Assembly (NCBI GenBank): GCA_039096225.1
Contig: JBBPEB010000021.1
Location: forward strand, 496,001 to 560,000
Length of the DNA: 64,000 bases
DNA from: Blastocystis sp. Blastoise
Lineage: Eukaryota > Protista > Bigyra: Opalinata
Direction: 5' to 3'
Shown here: positions 31,846 through 41,635 of the stretch, one piece after another
How positions within the stretch are numbered: position 1 is the stretch's first letter
Layout: the number at the start of each line of letters is the position of its first letter
Made by a program: the position numbers and the translations under genes
The notes under the pieces: generated by a model
The model's input: only the letters and a program-made list of their open reading frames with translations
The model's database searches: none
What the model was told of the DNA's origin: nothing

Positions 31846-32640
31846 TTATTTATTTTTTAAATAATCATCAAGAGGAATTGCTTCTCCATCTACATCAATA
31901 AATACTGTATTCTTAGTATATATTAATCTCTTATCACCAAAAGCATCACTATTAGTACAATTTAGTAATCCTGATTTAATATAATAATCGAATTCAAATT
32001 CACCATAAGACGCTTTCTTGTACTTATTTCTGTTTTTATCTTTGTATACTTTATCAGCTACCTTGAAATCTCTCACTGGTTGTGGGGGTGTTTCAGTTTC
32101 TTTTTCAGTTTCAGGTTTAGTTTCAGGCTTAGTTTCAGGCTCTTTAGATGGTTTCTTTTCGGGTTCAGGTTTAGGTTCTGGTTTGGGTTGTTCTTCAGTG
32201 AAATTAGAATTCATGGATTCTGGTTGTGGTTTCACTGTATAGTCTTCATTAGGATTTCTTACAGTATGAATAAGTTTTTCATATTGATAGTTATTAGGAT
32301 TACTAGCATCATACCATATCTTACTTGTAGTAGGAATACCATAATTCGTTTGCCATTGAGATAACATGGATGTATATCTATTGGTATCACCATTAGCTTT
32401 AGCTGAATTCATAGTAGCTATAAACATATCTTCAGGTGATTGACCATGATTTCTTAATGCTTGAACTGCCATTGAGCTATACATAGATCCTTGTGCATTA
32501 GGATCATGTGCTAATGGTTGTACAGGTTGTTCATCTTGACAAATATATGAATTGGGTAACCATGGATCCCAAGATTGTTTTTTCTGATTTCTTGATAAAA
32601 TATCATAGAGAGTTACACTATCTCCTAAATTACTTTGCAT
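31846..32640 (-). CDS. Viral hypothetical protein, 264 aa, with PEPK/ETKP linker
   Basis: Intact ORF with its own 3' motif at 31758-31767. No recognisable domain. Confidence 0.8.
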   Translation of the reverse strand: MQSNLGDSVTLYDILSRNQKKQSWDPWLPNSYICQDEQPVQPLAHDPNAQGSMYSSMAVQALRNHGQSPEDMFIATMNSAKANGDTNRYTSMLSQWQTNYGIPTTSKIWYDASNPNNYQYEKLIHTVRNPNEDYTVKPQPESMNSNFTEEQPKPEPKPEPEKKPSKEPETKPETKPETEKETETPPQPVRDFKVADKVYKDKNRNKYKKASYGEFEFDYYIKSGLLNCTNSDAFGDKRLIYTKNTVFIDVDGEAIPLDDYLKNK

Positions 32641-32717
32641 TATTTATTGTATTAATTTAAAAAATAATTATATAACAAAACAAATAATTAATTATGAAAT
32701 AATAAAAGTTAAAATAA

Positions 32718-33755
32718 TTAATTTAAATGGAATTTTTTTAAGAAGAATTGAACAAGATTAATAATTAAATTAGTAGTAGTATCAAAGGATGTAGAGTTGA
32801 CAAGAGCACCACCACAACGTTCAGCATTCTCTTTTGTAACACCACTTCCACCAGGATTTTTAAAGTAGTTATCAGCAGTTTCTTTACGTTTCTTATCATC
32901 ATCAGTAGTAATCATATTATAAGCGAAATCAATAGGGATACCAAGAGAAGGATAATAGTATTTTAATGCATTCACTACAATAGGAACAATCGTTTTAATA
33001 GTTTTAATAGCAGTATTAGCAATAATAGAATGCTTTTGTTTTGGATCCATAGGATATTCTTTATCGATAACGACATTAACAATATCACGTACAGACACAT
33101 GCTCATCATTTTTAGGTAATCGTTCTTTAATATCTTGTAATTTCTTCTTATTAGACTTTACATTACTAGAACGAATAGACTTCTTAGCAATAATTTTTAT
33201 TTGAGGAGTTACGAATTTACTTGTTTTCTTTTCTTTTTCTCGGTGACTCCCATGTTCTTTACGATGTTTCTGATGCCTTCTATGTATACCTTGACCAAAT
33301 ATATCATCATAATTTTCATCTTCAAGATTTGCATTATTATAATCTTTATCATCATCAGCCATCATTTTTCTTGTTATTCTCTTTGGTTGATAAGTATCAT
33401 CATCGTTATATAATTCATCATCTCTATTAGCATCTTCAATATGTTCTTCAAATTGTCTTTTCTTTTCTTCTTTTGCTTTTTCTTGACGTTTTTGTTCTTT
33501 ACGTTTCTGATAATAATTATATCCAGCAAATGCTCCTAATGTACCTAAAATAGGTAATGCAGTATAGACACCATTTTTAAAGTCAGCCCAATCAGCATCT
33601 CTAGTTTGTTGTCTAACAATTTCTTCAAAACCAGTTCCTCCATATCTTACATAACGTTTATGATAAAGATCACGTCTATTTGATTTTGGTGGTGATCCTC
33701 CAAATAATCGTGGATCACAATTTTGTTTTAAATATCTTTTTGTAATTGAACTCAT
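32718..33755 (-). CDS. Viral hypothetical protein, 345 aa, probable processed core protein
   Basis: Intact ORF with several GG/GxG sites (LFGGS, YGGTGF, FGQGI, PGGSGV, CGGAL), basic patches and a hydrophobic segment (ALPILGTLGAFAGY). Confidence 0.8.
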   Translation of the reverse strand: MSSITKRYLKQNCDPRLFGGSPPKSNRRDLYHKRYVRYGGTGFEEIVRQQTRDADWADFKNGVYTALPILGTLGAFAGYNYYQKRKEQKRQEKAKEEKKRQFEEHIEDANRDDELYNDDDTYQPKRITRKMMADDDKDYNNANLEDENYDDIFGQGIHRRHQKHRKEHGSHREKEKKTSKFVTPQIKIIAKKSIRSSNVKSNKKKLQDIKERLPKNDEHVSVRDIVNVVIDKEYPMDPKQKHSIIANTAIKTIKTIVPIVVNALKYYYPSLGIPIDFAYNMITTDDDKKRKETADNYFKNPGGSGVTKENAERCGGALVNSTSFDTTTNLIINLVQFFLKKFHLN

Positions 33756-33808
33756 AACAAAACAATAAAATAATTATGGTTTATATGACAAATTAAAATA
33801 TAAAAAAA

Positions 33809-34846
33809 TTAATGAAAAGATGGATAACCAGAATAATGTTTTTTATTTAAATAAGGATTAAAAATGCGTCGTTGACTATCTTGTATGATTTGATCTTGTA
33901 TGATTTGTAAGATGGATTCTTTAGGTTTATCTTTTTCATCTCGTTCAATACCTTTCAATGAGACTTCTTCTTCAACAGGTAAAAACTTCTTCATTTTCTT
34001 TTCATATGTAGATATATGTTCATTAGGACGTTTAATACCACTACCTGATACTTCACCTTGTTCTTCTCGTTTCTCTTTTTCACTATCTTCTTCTGTCCAT
34101 TTCCTTTTCTTTACCATCTTATATACATTCTGTTTACTACCACAATCAGGATTAGTCCATATTGTTAAATCATCACTACCTTGTTTTAACATAAAGAATT
34201 GATGTGGATCATTCATTAATTCTTCATCTGTAAGAATTTCATTTAGATTCGATGGCATAATCTTTAATTTATCTGGTAAGAATCCAGGATCACGTTTTAA
34301 GATTTGACTATTAATAAAGAAATGAGATACTTGACTTAATATAGATTGATTGGTAACATCTGTATGACTTTGAAGACATATAATAGCATTCTGTTTATAA
34401 TGACGACCTTTAGATAATATAGATACAATCAATTGTTTGGTTTGTCTAGATAATGGATAGATATCATCCAATACAATGAAATTATGTTCTGGTAATTTAT
34501 ATGTATTGACTAATTCATCAACAGTTTTAATCTTTTTAAATTTATCATCTACAGAATCATACCATTTATAATCAATTCCAGCATGTTCACAAATATCTTG
34601 AAAGGATGTATAACATTCATTCTTATTGGATGCATCAGGACAAATTACTGTGACTTGTTTATATTTATTTTTAAGATCCATAGAACATAAGAGGTTCACA
34701 GTTAAGAAAGATTTTCCTGAGAATGTTCTTGCAATAATCAATATGAATTTTGATTCATATGTTTTATGATGTGATTTTCCATATTTAAATTCTAAGACTC
34801 CACATCCTTTACGTGTTTCTTTTAATGGATTTATTTTATTCACCAT
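33809..34846 (-). CDS. A32/FtsK-HerA-type genome packaging ATPase
   Basis: Walker A ILIIARTFSGKS, Walker B FIVLDDI, GRH motif (SKGRHYKQN) and IICLQS. Confidence 0.9.
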   Translation of the reverse strand: MVNKINPLKETRKGCGVLEFKYGKSHHKTYESKFILIIARTFSGKSFLTVNLLCSMDLKNKYKQVTVICPDASNKNECYTSFQDICEHAGIDYKWYDSVDDKFKKIKTVDELVNTYKLPEHNFIVLDDIYPLSRQTKQLIVSILSKGRHYKQNAIICLQSHTDVTNQSILSQVSHFFINSQILKRDPGFLPDKLKIMPSNLNEILTDEELMNDPHQFFMLKQGSDDLTIWTNPDCGSKQNVYKMVKKRKWTEEDSEKEKREEQGEVSGSGIKRPNEHISTYEKKMKKFLPVEEEVSLKGIERDEKDKPKESILQIIQDQIIQDSQRRIFNPYLNKKHYSGYPSFH

Positions 34847-34915
34847 TTTATATGATTTTAATCAACAAAACAAAAAAATAATTAATGATAAGTTAAAGAT
34901 AAATAAATGATTTTA

Positions 34916-35587
34916 TTAAGATGCAGTAAAGTATATATAAAGATTTGTATTTGATAAATCAATTGGATTATTTAATTGATCATATACTTCCCATTGGATA
35001 TCTGTATATTTACCATCAATACATGGAATAGATAAATCACTGAGAGCAAATGTATTATCAAATCCTTGTTTAGCATATAAAGGAATAGAAATCAAATCAT
35101 TATCTTTATTAATAATATCACAATACACACGTAACATATAGATCTTATACCATGAAATATTATTGGATATATATTCATCAGTAAATACGATTGTATCACC
35201 CGGTGAAAAGTATGGTGATTTAATGCCTAAGTATTTAAATAGTCCAGAACTAAGACCACATTCAAACCAATGATTTGATTTAAAAGTTTTAGTTTCTTTA
35301 TTATAGCTGAAACCATAAGGTTCTCCTTCAACATAGGATTTCATTTTTTTTCCAATTTCATATAATTGATCTAAAAAATCTTCTAAAGTATAATTTCCAG
35401 CTGGAAATGTATATCTACCAGCATTATCATAAAACTGAATATTGAATTCAGGAATATTAATGATATCACTTGTATTCACTAATGTATTGATATGAGTAAT
35501 ATTTTTACCTACTAAATCCAAAGTATAATTGAATTGTTCATGACAGATTTGACTTGTAATTTTACTTAGATGAGATATTGATGTCAT
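34916..35587 (-). CDS. Minor capsid (penton-like) protein, 223 aa
   Basis: FPAGNYTLEDF, LFKYLG, LRVYCDII and IQWEVYDQLNNPIDL fit the Polinton/PLV penton pattern. Located between the ATPase and MCP. Confidence 0.7.
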   Translation of the reverse strand: MTSISHLSKITSQICHEQFNYTLDLVGKNITHINTLVNTSDIINIPEFNIQFYDNAGRYTFPAGNYTLEDFLDQLYEIGKKMKSYVEGEPYGFSYNKETKTFKSNHWFECGLSSGLFKYLGIKSPYFSPGDTIVFTDEYISNNISWYKIYMLRVYCDIINKDNDLISIPLYAKQGFDNTFALSDLSIPCIDGKYTDIQWEVYDQLNNPIDLSNTNLYIYFTAS

Positions 35588-35683
35588 TTTTATTAAATAA
35601 ATTAATTATGTATTGATAAACAAAACAATATTTTTAAGATTAATATAAAGTTGATACAAATAAGAAAATATTATATAATTAAA

Positions 35684-36907
35684 TTAATTGGTTGCACCAT
35701 CTCTAACAAATTTAACAAATATAAAATGAGCATATAAAGTATAAGTACCACTAGTAATATTTGCACCATTATATTCAGTTAATAAGGAGATATTAACTTC
35801 ACAACCACTACGAGTATTGACATCAACAACACTTGAAATAGGGAATATATAAATAGGTTGTTCATACCACTTTTCACCATTCAAAGGAGATTGAGGATGA
35901 CTATTACATCTCCAAGTATTATAAAGCATAGCATTAGGAATAATTTGTGATGGATTCGTTGTTTTATATGTAGTAGGGAAATCCGTCTTAGGTAAGATAT
36001 TTTGACCACCAATTTGGAATTGACACATCTTCAATAATTCAGTCTTAATAGGAATCATACTCTTCTCTTGAGTTGTAAAATATAGCATACAGTAATCAGG
36101 TACGAAAACAACACTTCTATTGGATAAGAATTGTTGTGGAGTTGGTTTACCTGCTGTTGAGAATGTTTCTGAATAAACAGGTGTAGTAAATGCAGATATT
36201 TGACAATTATTAGGAATACATTTAATCAAAGCACGTGGATCATTACCAAAATTAATATCATAAATTTGTTGAAGATGAATATAAACACGATCAAATGTTA
36301 ATGCAGTGATTTTAGTGGTTCCAGTAAATAGATTCTTTAAATAATTTGTAACGAATTGCATCTTCAAAGATTTTACTTTAATAGCACAATCAAATGTACC
36401 AAGACCAGTAATAAGAGATAAAGGAATAATAACTTGAGCTTTAGTAGAACTTTGCATTCCAGCAATACTACTTAAGGTTGTATTATATAAGCATTCTGTC
36501 ATACTATACATAGATTTATCAATTTCATCTTTACTTAATTCTTTAATAGTAACAAATTTTCTTGCTTTACTGGATTCAATAGAAGATTCAGAATAATTAA
36601 TAAGAATATCTTGACCCGTAGGAGATACAAACGTAAGATCTGTAGTAATTTTATCAATAATACTATAGATATTAGAATGTTGTACAACAGAACTAGTTGT
36701 AGCTGCATTTGTTGTAATATTGAAATTCAGTTCTAAGAATGAATTACTGAAATCAATAAAAGGACTATCAACTGAATTATATAAGAATTCAAATGGATAA
36801 GGTTGATTTAATAAATCTTGACTAGTAGAAACTAGAATAGGAATTTGTACAGGTTTAATAGTTTGATTTGCCTTTGAAGGTAAGAATTGTCTTGGGAATC
36901 CTTCCAT
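35684..36907 (-). CDS. Major capsid protein (double jelly-roll) paralog 1, 407 aa
   Basis: Beta-rich. N-terminal FIDFSNSFLELNFNI..NIYSIIDKI, then IPL and VPDYCMLYF..FQIGGQNILP, matching the DJR MCP pattern. Gene context supports it. Confidence 0.75.
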   Translation of the reverse strand: MEGFPRQFLPSKANQTIKPVQIPILVSTSQDLLNQPYPFEFLYNSVDSPFIDFSNSFLELNFNITTNAATTSSVVQHSNIYSIIDKITTDLTFVSPTGQDILINYSESSIESSKARKFVTIKELSKDEIDKSMYSMTECLYNTTLSSIAGMQSSTKAQVIIPLSLITGLGTFDCAIKVKSLKMQFVTNYLKNLFTGTTKITALTFDRVYIHLQQIYDINFGNDPRALIKCIPNNCQISAFTTPVYSETFSTAGKPTPQQFLSNRSVVFVPDYCMLYFTTQEKSMIPIKTELLKMCQFQIGGQNILPKTDFPTTYKTTNPSQIIPNAMLYNTWRCNSHPQSPLNGEKWYEQPIYIFPISSVVDVNTRSGCEVNISLLTEYNGANITSGTYTLYAHFIFVKFVRDGATN

Positions 36908-37080
36908 TTTAATAATTATTGTTTATGTATTTTTTAACAAAATAAAAATAAAATAATAATAATATTTTATAATTATAAAATTATTTGAAATTCATAACAA
37001 AACAAATGATTGGAATATAGAATAGAATAGAATTAATTAAACAAGTTAACGTTAAGAATAGTAAGTAAGAAATATTAAAT

Positions 37081-38553
37081 TTAAATATCACGTACACTAC
37101 GTACAGCAATCATATGTAATGTATAAGGATGCTTCTCATTTAGTTCAGTATTAATATGTTTATAAATACCAGCATGAGAAGCAACGGCATAAGAAGCACC
37201 AGTGTCAGGTGTCCATATTTTAGTAGTTTCATTATATGTACATGTATATCCATCAGGAACAGTAGATGAATCAGCATGACCATATTCAATATCATGGACA
37301 TCTAGATTACAATCAAAATTCATTTCTATACCACTATCTGATTGGATATTCATTAATGCTTTAGTTGGAATAATATAAATAGGATGTTTAATCCATTCAT
37401 CATATTTAAGAATAGTTTCAGGATTTGAATTATCAGCCCATAAACAATATAGATTTTTATTAGGACAAGATAAACTAGCAGTTTCTTCATTATTGAAGAC
37501 ATGACCTTTAGTAGTAAGATTATGATAATACATTTGAGTAGGGAATTCAGTTTGAGGGAACATTTGAACATCACCAATCAAACAACTTTGATATTTAGGC
37601 CATACAGATGGACTTGCTACATTACTAATAGTTGTTGAACTATACCCATTTGTAAACCAGTATAATATATATTCAGGTATAAATGGTAAAGCTCTATTGA
37701 TATTGAAATGATCACTAGTTATTCTTGTATTTTGATAATCGACTTGAATACATGTAGGTATAGTTTTATATAATTCATTCGTTTGGAATTGAATATCTTT
37801 ATAAGTCATTAAATTCATAGTAGCTGATTCCAATTCAAATGTCTTAAACCATTTTTCATCAGTTAGATGTAACCATTGTGTTGATAATTTAGCACCACCA
37901 TTCTTGAAATAAATACTCATATTATTATCAATTAAGGATTCAATTGTACTCGTTCTAAATAGCATATTGAAATGTTTAGTTAATATTAAAGAATCTCCAT
38001 CAACACCTAAACCACTAATGAGATATAAAGGAATAGCAATATGAATAGATTCATTTGGATGTGCACGTATATAACGAATAGAATTCAATTCATAAGTATC
38101 TGCAGATAAATCTTCACCATACATAGATTTTTCTAAATCATTCTTACTGATATCTTTTAATAAAATCATTTTACGACCACGTGAAGCATGTGTACAGTTT
38201 TCTTCATATTTCAAAGCACGATCAGATCCATCAGGTAAAGTATAAACCATTTCAACATCAGTGGAATCAATAATAGAATAAATATTAGCTTTTTGAACTA
38301 ATTGATCCAAGAAATATTGACATAATTGATCATAGGTGAAACTAACAGAAGTACCTGTTTCATCTAAATAAACAGAAACTGGTCCAGCTTTATCTGTGAC
38401 AGTTGCCTTGACAGTAAGATCCAAATAGGATTGATTGAAATTGATATAAGTGTTATCCACATTAGTCCAATGATATTGAAAGATATAAGGACTTGATAGA
38501 ATATCAGTATCACTTTGAATAGGAATATTATCTTTAATTCTTAAGATTCTCAT
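37081..38553 (-). CDS. Major capsid protein paralog 2, 490 aa
   Basis: Colinear similarity to 35684-36907 (NIYSIID, KSMY, IPLxLIxGLG, PxTxFPT, PIYIxP), with insertions. Confidence 0.75.
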   Translation of the reverse strand: MRILRIKDNIPIQSDTDILSSPYIFQYHWTNVDNTYINFNQSYLDLTVKATVTDKAGPVSVYLDETGTSVSFTYDQLCQYFLDQLVQKANIYSIIDSTDVEMVYTLPDGSDRALKYEENCTHASRGRKMILLKDISKNDLEKSMYGEDLSADTYELNSIRYIRAHPNESIHIAIPLYLISGLGVDGDSLILTKHFNMLFRTSTIESLIDNNMSIYFKNGGAKLSTQWLHLTDEKWFKTFELESATMNLMTYKDIQFQTNELYKTIPTCIQVDYQNTRITSDHFNINRALPFIPEYILYWFTNGYSSTTISNVASPSVWPKYQSCLIGDVQMFPQTEFPTQMYYHNLTTKGHVFNNEETASLSCPNKNLYCLWADNSNPETILKYDEWIKHPIYIIPTKALMNIQSDSGIEMNFDCNLDVHDIEYGHADSSTVPDGYTCTYNETTKIWTPDTGASYAVASHAGIYKHINTELNEKHPYTLHMIAVRSVRDI

Positions 38554-38628
38554 TTTTTTTTTTAATAAAAAAATATTAATAAATAAAATAAAATTAATAT
38601 AAATTATTATTTAATAAATTAGAAAAAT

Positions 38629-41064
38629 ATGGAACTTGATGATGATAATTATGAAGAACAGACTTCATTAGAAGAGAAGGATACTCGTATTAAAACACAT
38701 GTAGTCCCTATTGATGTTCGTTGTATTGATAATCAATTCAATATACATTTATCGAATTCTATTGATATCACTAAAAATATCATTTCTTATATTGATCTTA
38801 ATTTAATTGGTAGTGAAAGTGTGCCTCTATTTGATACTTTCACAAAAACACAAATATTCAAATATATAAATACTCGTGTCAATGGTAATAGTTCCGTATA
38901 TACAATCACTTTAGATCAGAAAAATTATTCAATTCCACAATTATTAGAACTATGTCATTTTGATGTATGTGATAGACCAGTAATAAAAGATTCTCCTGAT
39001 ATTGATCCCACTGTCAAAATTAATGAAGCCCCAACAATAACCATTGATAGAGATGATTGGTATTGTGAAATTACAATTTATAATAAAAGACGTGGTTTTT
39101 ACTTTCCAAAAGGTACTTATACGGATATAGAGTTTTGGTGGATAGCTGTATGTTGTGTATCAGCTAAATGGGGTGATAAATTTAATCGTTTAATGATGAG
39201 ATATGATGATGATACTATAACCATATATCGACCTCAATTAACTTCTTATAATGTTCCTGTTACATCAACAGGAATCTATGAATTGAATGAATTCTTTACT
39301 GATGGTGTGAGTGATCATTCAAGTTATATTGTTCCAACACAAGGTTCTAATGGAATTATGAAATGTGTATTAGCTGATGAACATAAATTTTATTTCCAAT
39401 GGTCAAGTAATAATATACTCAGTTTAGAAAAACAATTATTCACTGGCTTATTTGAAGATTCAGAAACATTGACATATACTTCACTTCAAGAGGAAATTAC
39501 ATTAAATAGAATTAAAAGAACAGTCTTTGTGGAAGATGGATATAATACAATGATTGTTCGACAATTGAGTGGTTATGATGGTGTTCATGAAACTACATTC
39601 ACTGTTCCTCCTGGAAATTACACAGAAAACAAATTCTATGAATTATTAGAAAGTTCAATCAATAATACAATTTATACGGATTATTTAAGTATATCCAAAG
39701 ATACTCAGACTATGGACAATAAGGATGGATATATAATATATTTATCTTGTAAAGGTACTGATTCTACGTCATTCACATTTACAGCTACAGATATAGAGCA
39801 CTCCTTATTTAAGTATCGTGGTGCTCTACATAATATACGTCCTGATTTAGTTTATGATGAACAAGGATGTTTTGCTTGGTATGTATCTTATGGTAAACAA
39901 TTAATACCAGACAAAATAGCTGATTTGAATACACTTGATTTAGATGGTAATTATAAGTGTTATACTGATAGTTATCATATAGATTTCTCTCAAGCTCAAG
40001 AATTAGGTGAAATCTTAGGTTATAATAAATTAGGTCATGATGAAATTATTAATTATGGTATTCATAATATTGATAGTAGTCGTCCAAAAGGAATGTTAAT
40101 AGCTCAATCGAATATAGTAGATAATAGTCAGAATTCTTTATATTCATTCAATGTGAATAATTATAAAGGCAATAATGAATTTCATGATATTATGAATATT
40201 AATGTGTCTCCTTATTTGAATACAATACAAGATATTATTATACGATATACTGATAAAAATAAACAATATGTGAATTTCAATGATAATTGTATTTTAAGAG
40301 GATTCTTAGAATTCTCAGATACAGTCGATACGATTCAACCAAGTGAAACTATTAAGAAATTATGTTTGAATTGTCAAACAGCAGACACACAATTCTATGC
40401 TGAATATCCTACATTGAATATCCAAAATAAGATCTTAAAAGATATTATTATTCAAAATGATACAGATACAATCCAAGCAAATGCATCTAAATTATGTACT
40501 GGATATATAAATGGATCATATTATCCTACATTTAGTTTTCCTTTATCTGATAAATATGTTACTTATAGTAATATAAATTCTCCAATCACAATTGATCATA
40601 ATATAGATTTAAGATTTGATGAATTATTCAAAGGAAATATAATTTGTAATATATGTGAACCGAATGGTAGTGATATACGTTTCAAAGCTTATGATGAAGT
40701 ATATTGTGATTTTAGTACGAGTAAGAATTTAATTTATGAATTGAAGAAAACCAATGTGTATGGTTATCAATACTTAACGAATATACAAATTATATCAGTG
40801 TATGGTCAATCCACTGATTACTTATATCCTATTTCATTAAGATGTTTTACTAATGAATATGAGAATAATATTCATGTTATTGATACTACAAATCTACCTT
40901 ATTACTATTCGAATGGTATTAAATATGAAGGTATATCAAATAAGATCAATAAGAATGTTTATTATTGTAATCGTAAATTATTAAAGTTATTGCCTCATGA
41001 TAATATGTTCTTTATAACATGTGATTATCCTTGTGTTGTTTTATTAACTATCTCTTATATATAA
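38629..41064 (+). CDS. Large penton/spike-like protein, 811 aa
   Basis: Shares motifs with the 223-aa penton: LDQKNYS, FPKGTYT, VPPGNYT, ILG, LIAQSNIV and IIIRYTDKNKQYVNF. Extra beta-rich C-terminal region. Confidence 0.65.
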   Translation: MELDDDNYEEQTSLEEKDTRIKTHVVPIDVRCIDNQFNIHLSNSIDITKNIISYIDLNLIGSESVPLFDTFTKTQIFKYINTRVNGNSSVYTITLDQKNYSIPQLLELCHFDVCDRPVIKDSPDIDPTVKINEAPTITIDRDDWYCEITIYNKRRGFYFPKGTYTDIEFWWIAVCCVSAKWGDKFNRLMMRYDDDTITIYRPQLTSYNVPVTSTGIYELNEFFTDGVSDHSSYIVPTQGSNGIMKCVLADEHKFYFQWSSNNILSLEKQLFTGLFEDSETLTYTSLQEEITLNRIKRTVFVEDGYNTMIVRQLSGYDGVHETTFTVPPGNYTENKFYELLESSINNTIYTDYLSISKDTQTMDNKDGYIIYLSCKGTDSTSFTFTATDIEHSLFKYRGALHNIRPDLVYDEQGCFAWYVSYGKQLIPDKIADLNTLDLDGNYKCYTDSYHIDFSQAQELGEILGYNKLGHDEIINYGIHNIDSSRPKGMLIAQSNIVDNSQNSLYSFNVNNYKGNNEFHDIMNINVSPYLNTIQDIIIRYTDKNKQYVNFNDNCILRGFLEFSDTVDTIQPSETIKKLCLNCQTADTQFYAEYPTLNIQNKILKDIIIQNDTDTIQANASKLCTGYINGSYYPTFSFPLSDKYVTYSNINSPITIDHNIDLRFDELFKGNIICNICEPNGSDIRFKAYDEVYCDFSTSKNLIYELKKTNVYGYQYLTNIQIISVYGQSTDYLYPISLRCFTNEYENNIHVIDTTNLPYYYSNGIKYEGISNKINKNVYYCNRKLLKLLPHDNMFFITCDYPCVVLLTISYI

Positions 41065-41133
41065 ATATTTTAATTCATTTCATTTAAATTAAAAAATGTT
41101 TTGTTATATTATTCATTTAAAAATTATTAAAAA

Positions 41134-41556
41134 ATGGAGCCTAAATCTGTATCTGAATCCTTACATTCTTTATCAAGTACAAGTTCAACAAGTTCAGATA
41201 GTTCAACAACAACCACATTATCCGAAGAAGAAATAGAAAAGAAAAATACTTTATTAGAATTTATTATAAAAGCTATAAAATGTTTATTTGAGAAATCAAC
41301 TGAATTCTTTCAATTAATTGTTAAAAATATAGATATTCATTGTAATTGTTGTAATCCACAAACAAAGAAAGTCTATTATAAGACAATGAAAATACAACAA
41401 ACGATTATAGAAGAAGAAGTCAAACATATATCAGAAGTCTTGAATGAATTAGAAGAAATTGATTCTAATCAAAATGAATCAATACAAGAATTAGCTGTTC
41501 AATTAATGAAATTAAATATAAGTGTTGATTCTATTGTTCAATCTCTTCATTTATAA
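41134..41556 (+). CDS. Viral hypothetical protein, 140 aa (S/T-rich N-terminus, CxCC, coiled coil)
   Basis: Intact ORF followed by TTGTTTTGTT at 41591-41600. Confidence 0.75.
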   Translation: MEPKSVSESLHSLSSTSSTSSDSSTTTTLSEEEIEKKNTLLEFIIKAIKCLFEKSTEFFQLIVKNIDIHCNCCNPQTKKVYYKTMKIQQTIIEEEVKHISEVLNELEEIDSNQNESIQELAVQLMKLNISVDSIVQSLHL

Positions 41557-41635
41557 TTCTATGAAATGTTATAAAATATTAATAATAAATTTGTTTTGTT
41601 TATAAATAATTTAATTTTAACATTTAATACAAGTA

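Noticed and set aside
32018-34202. Plus-strand ORFs overlapping viral genes (32018, 32080, 33201, 33221, 33900), and the 29565-30300 ORFs
   Set aside because: Antisense shadows of real minus-strand genes, or chance ORFs in the repeat-rich non-coding arm. No motifs.
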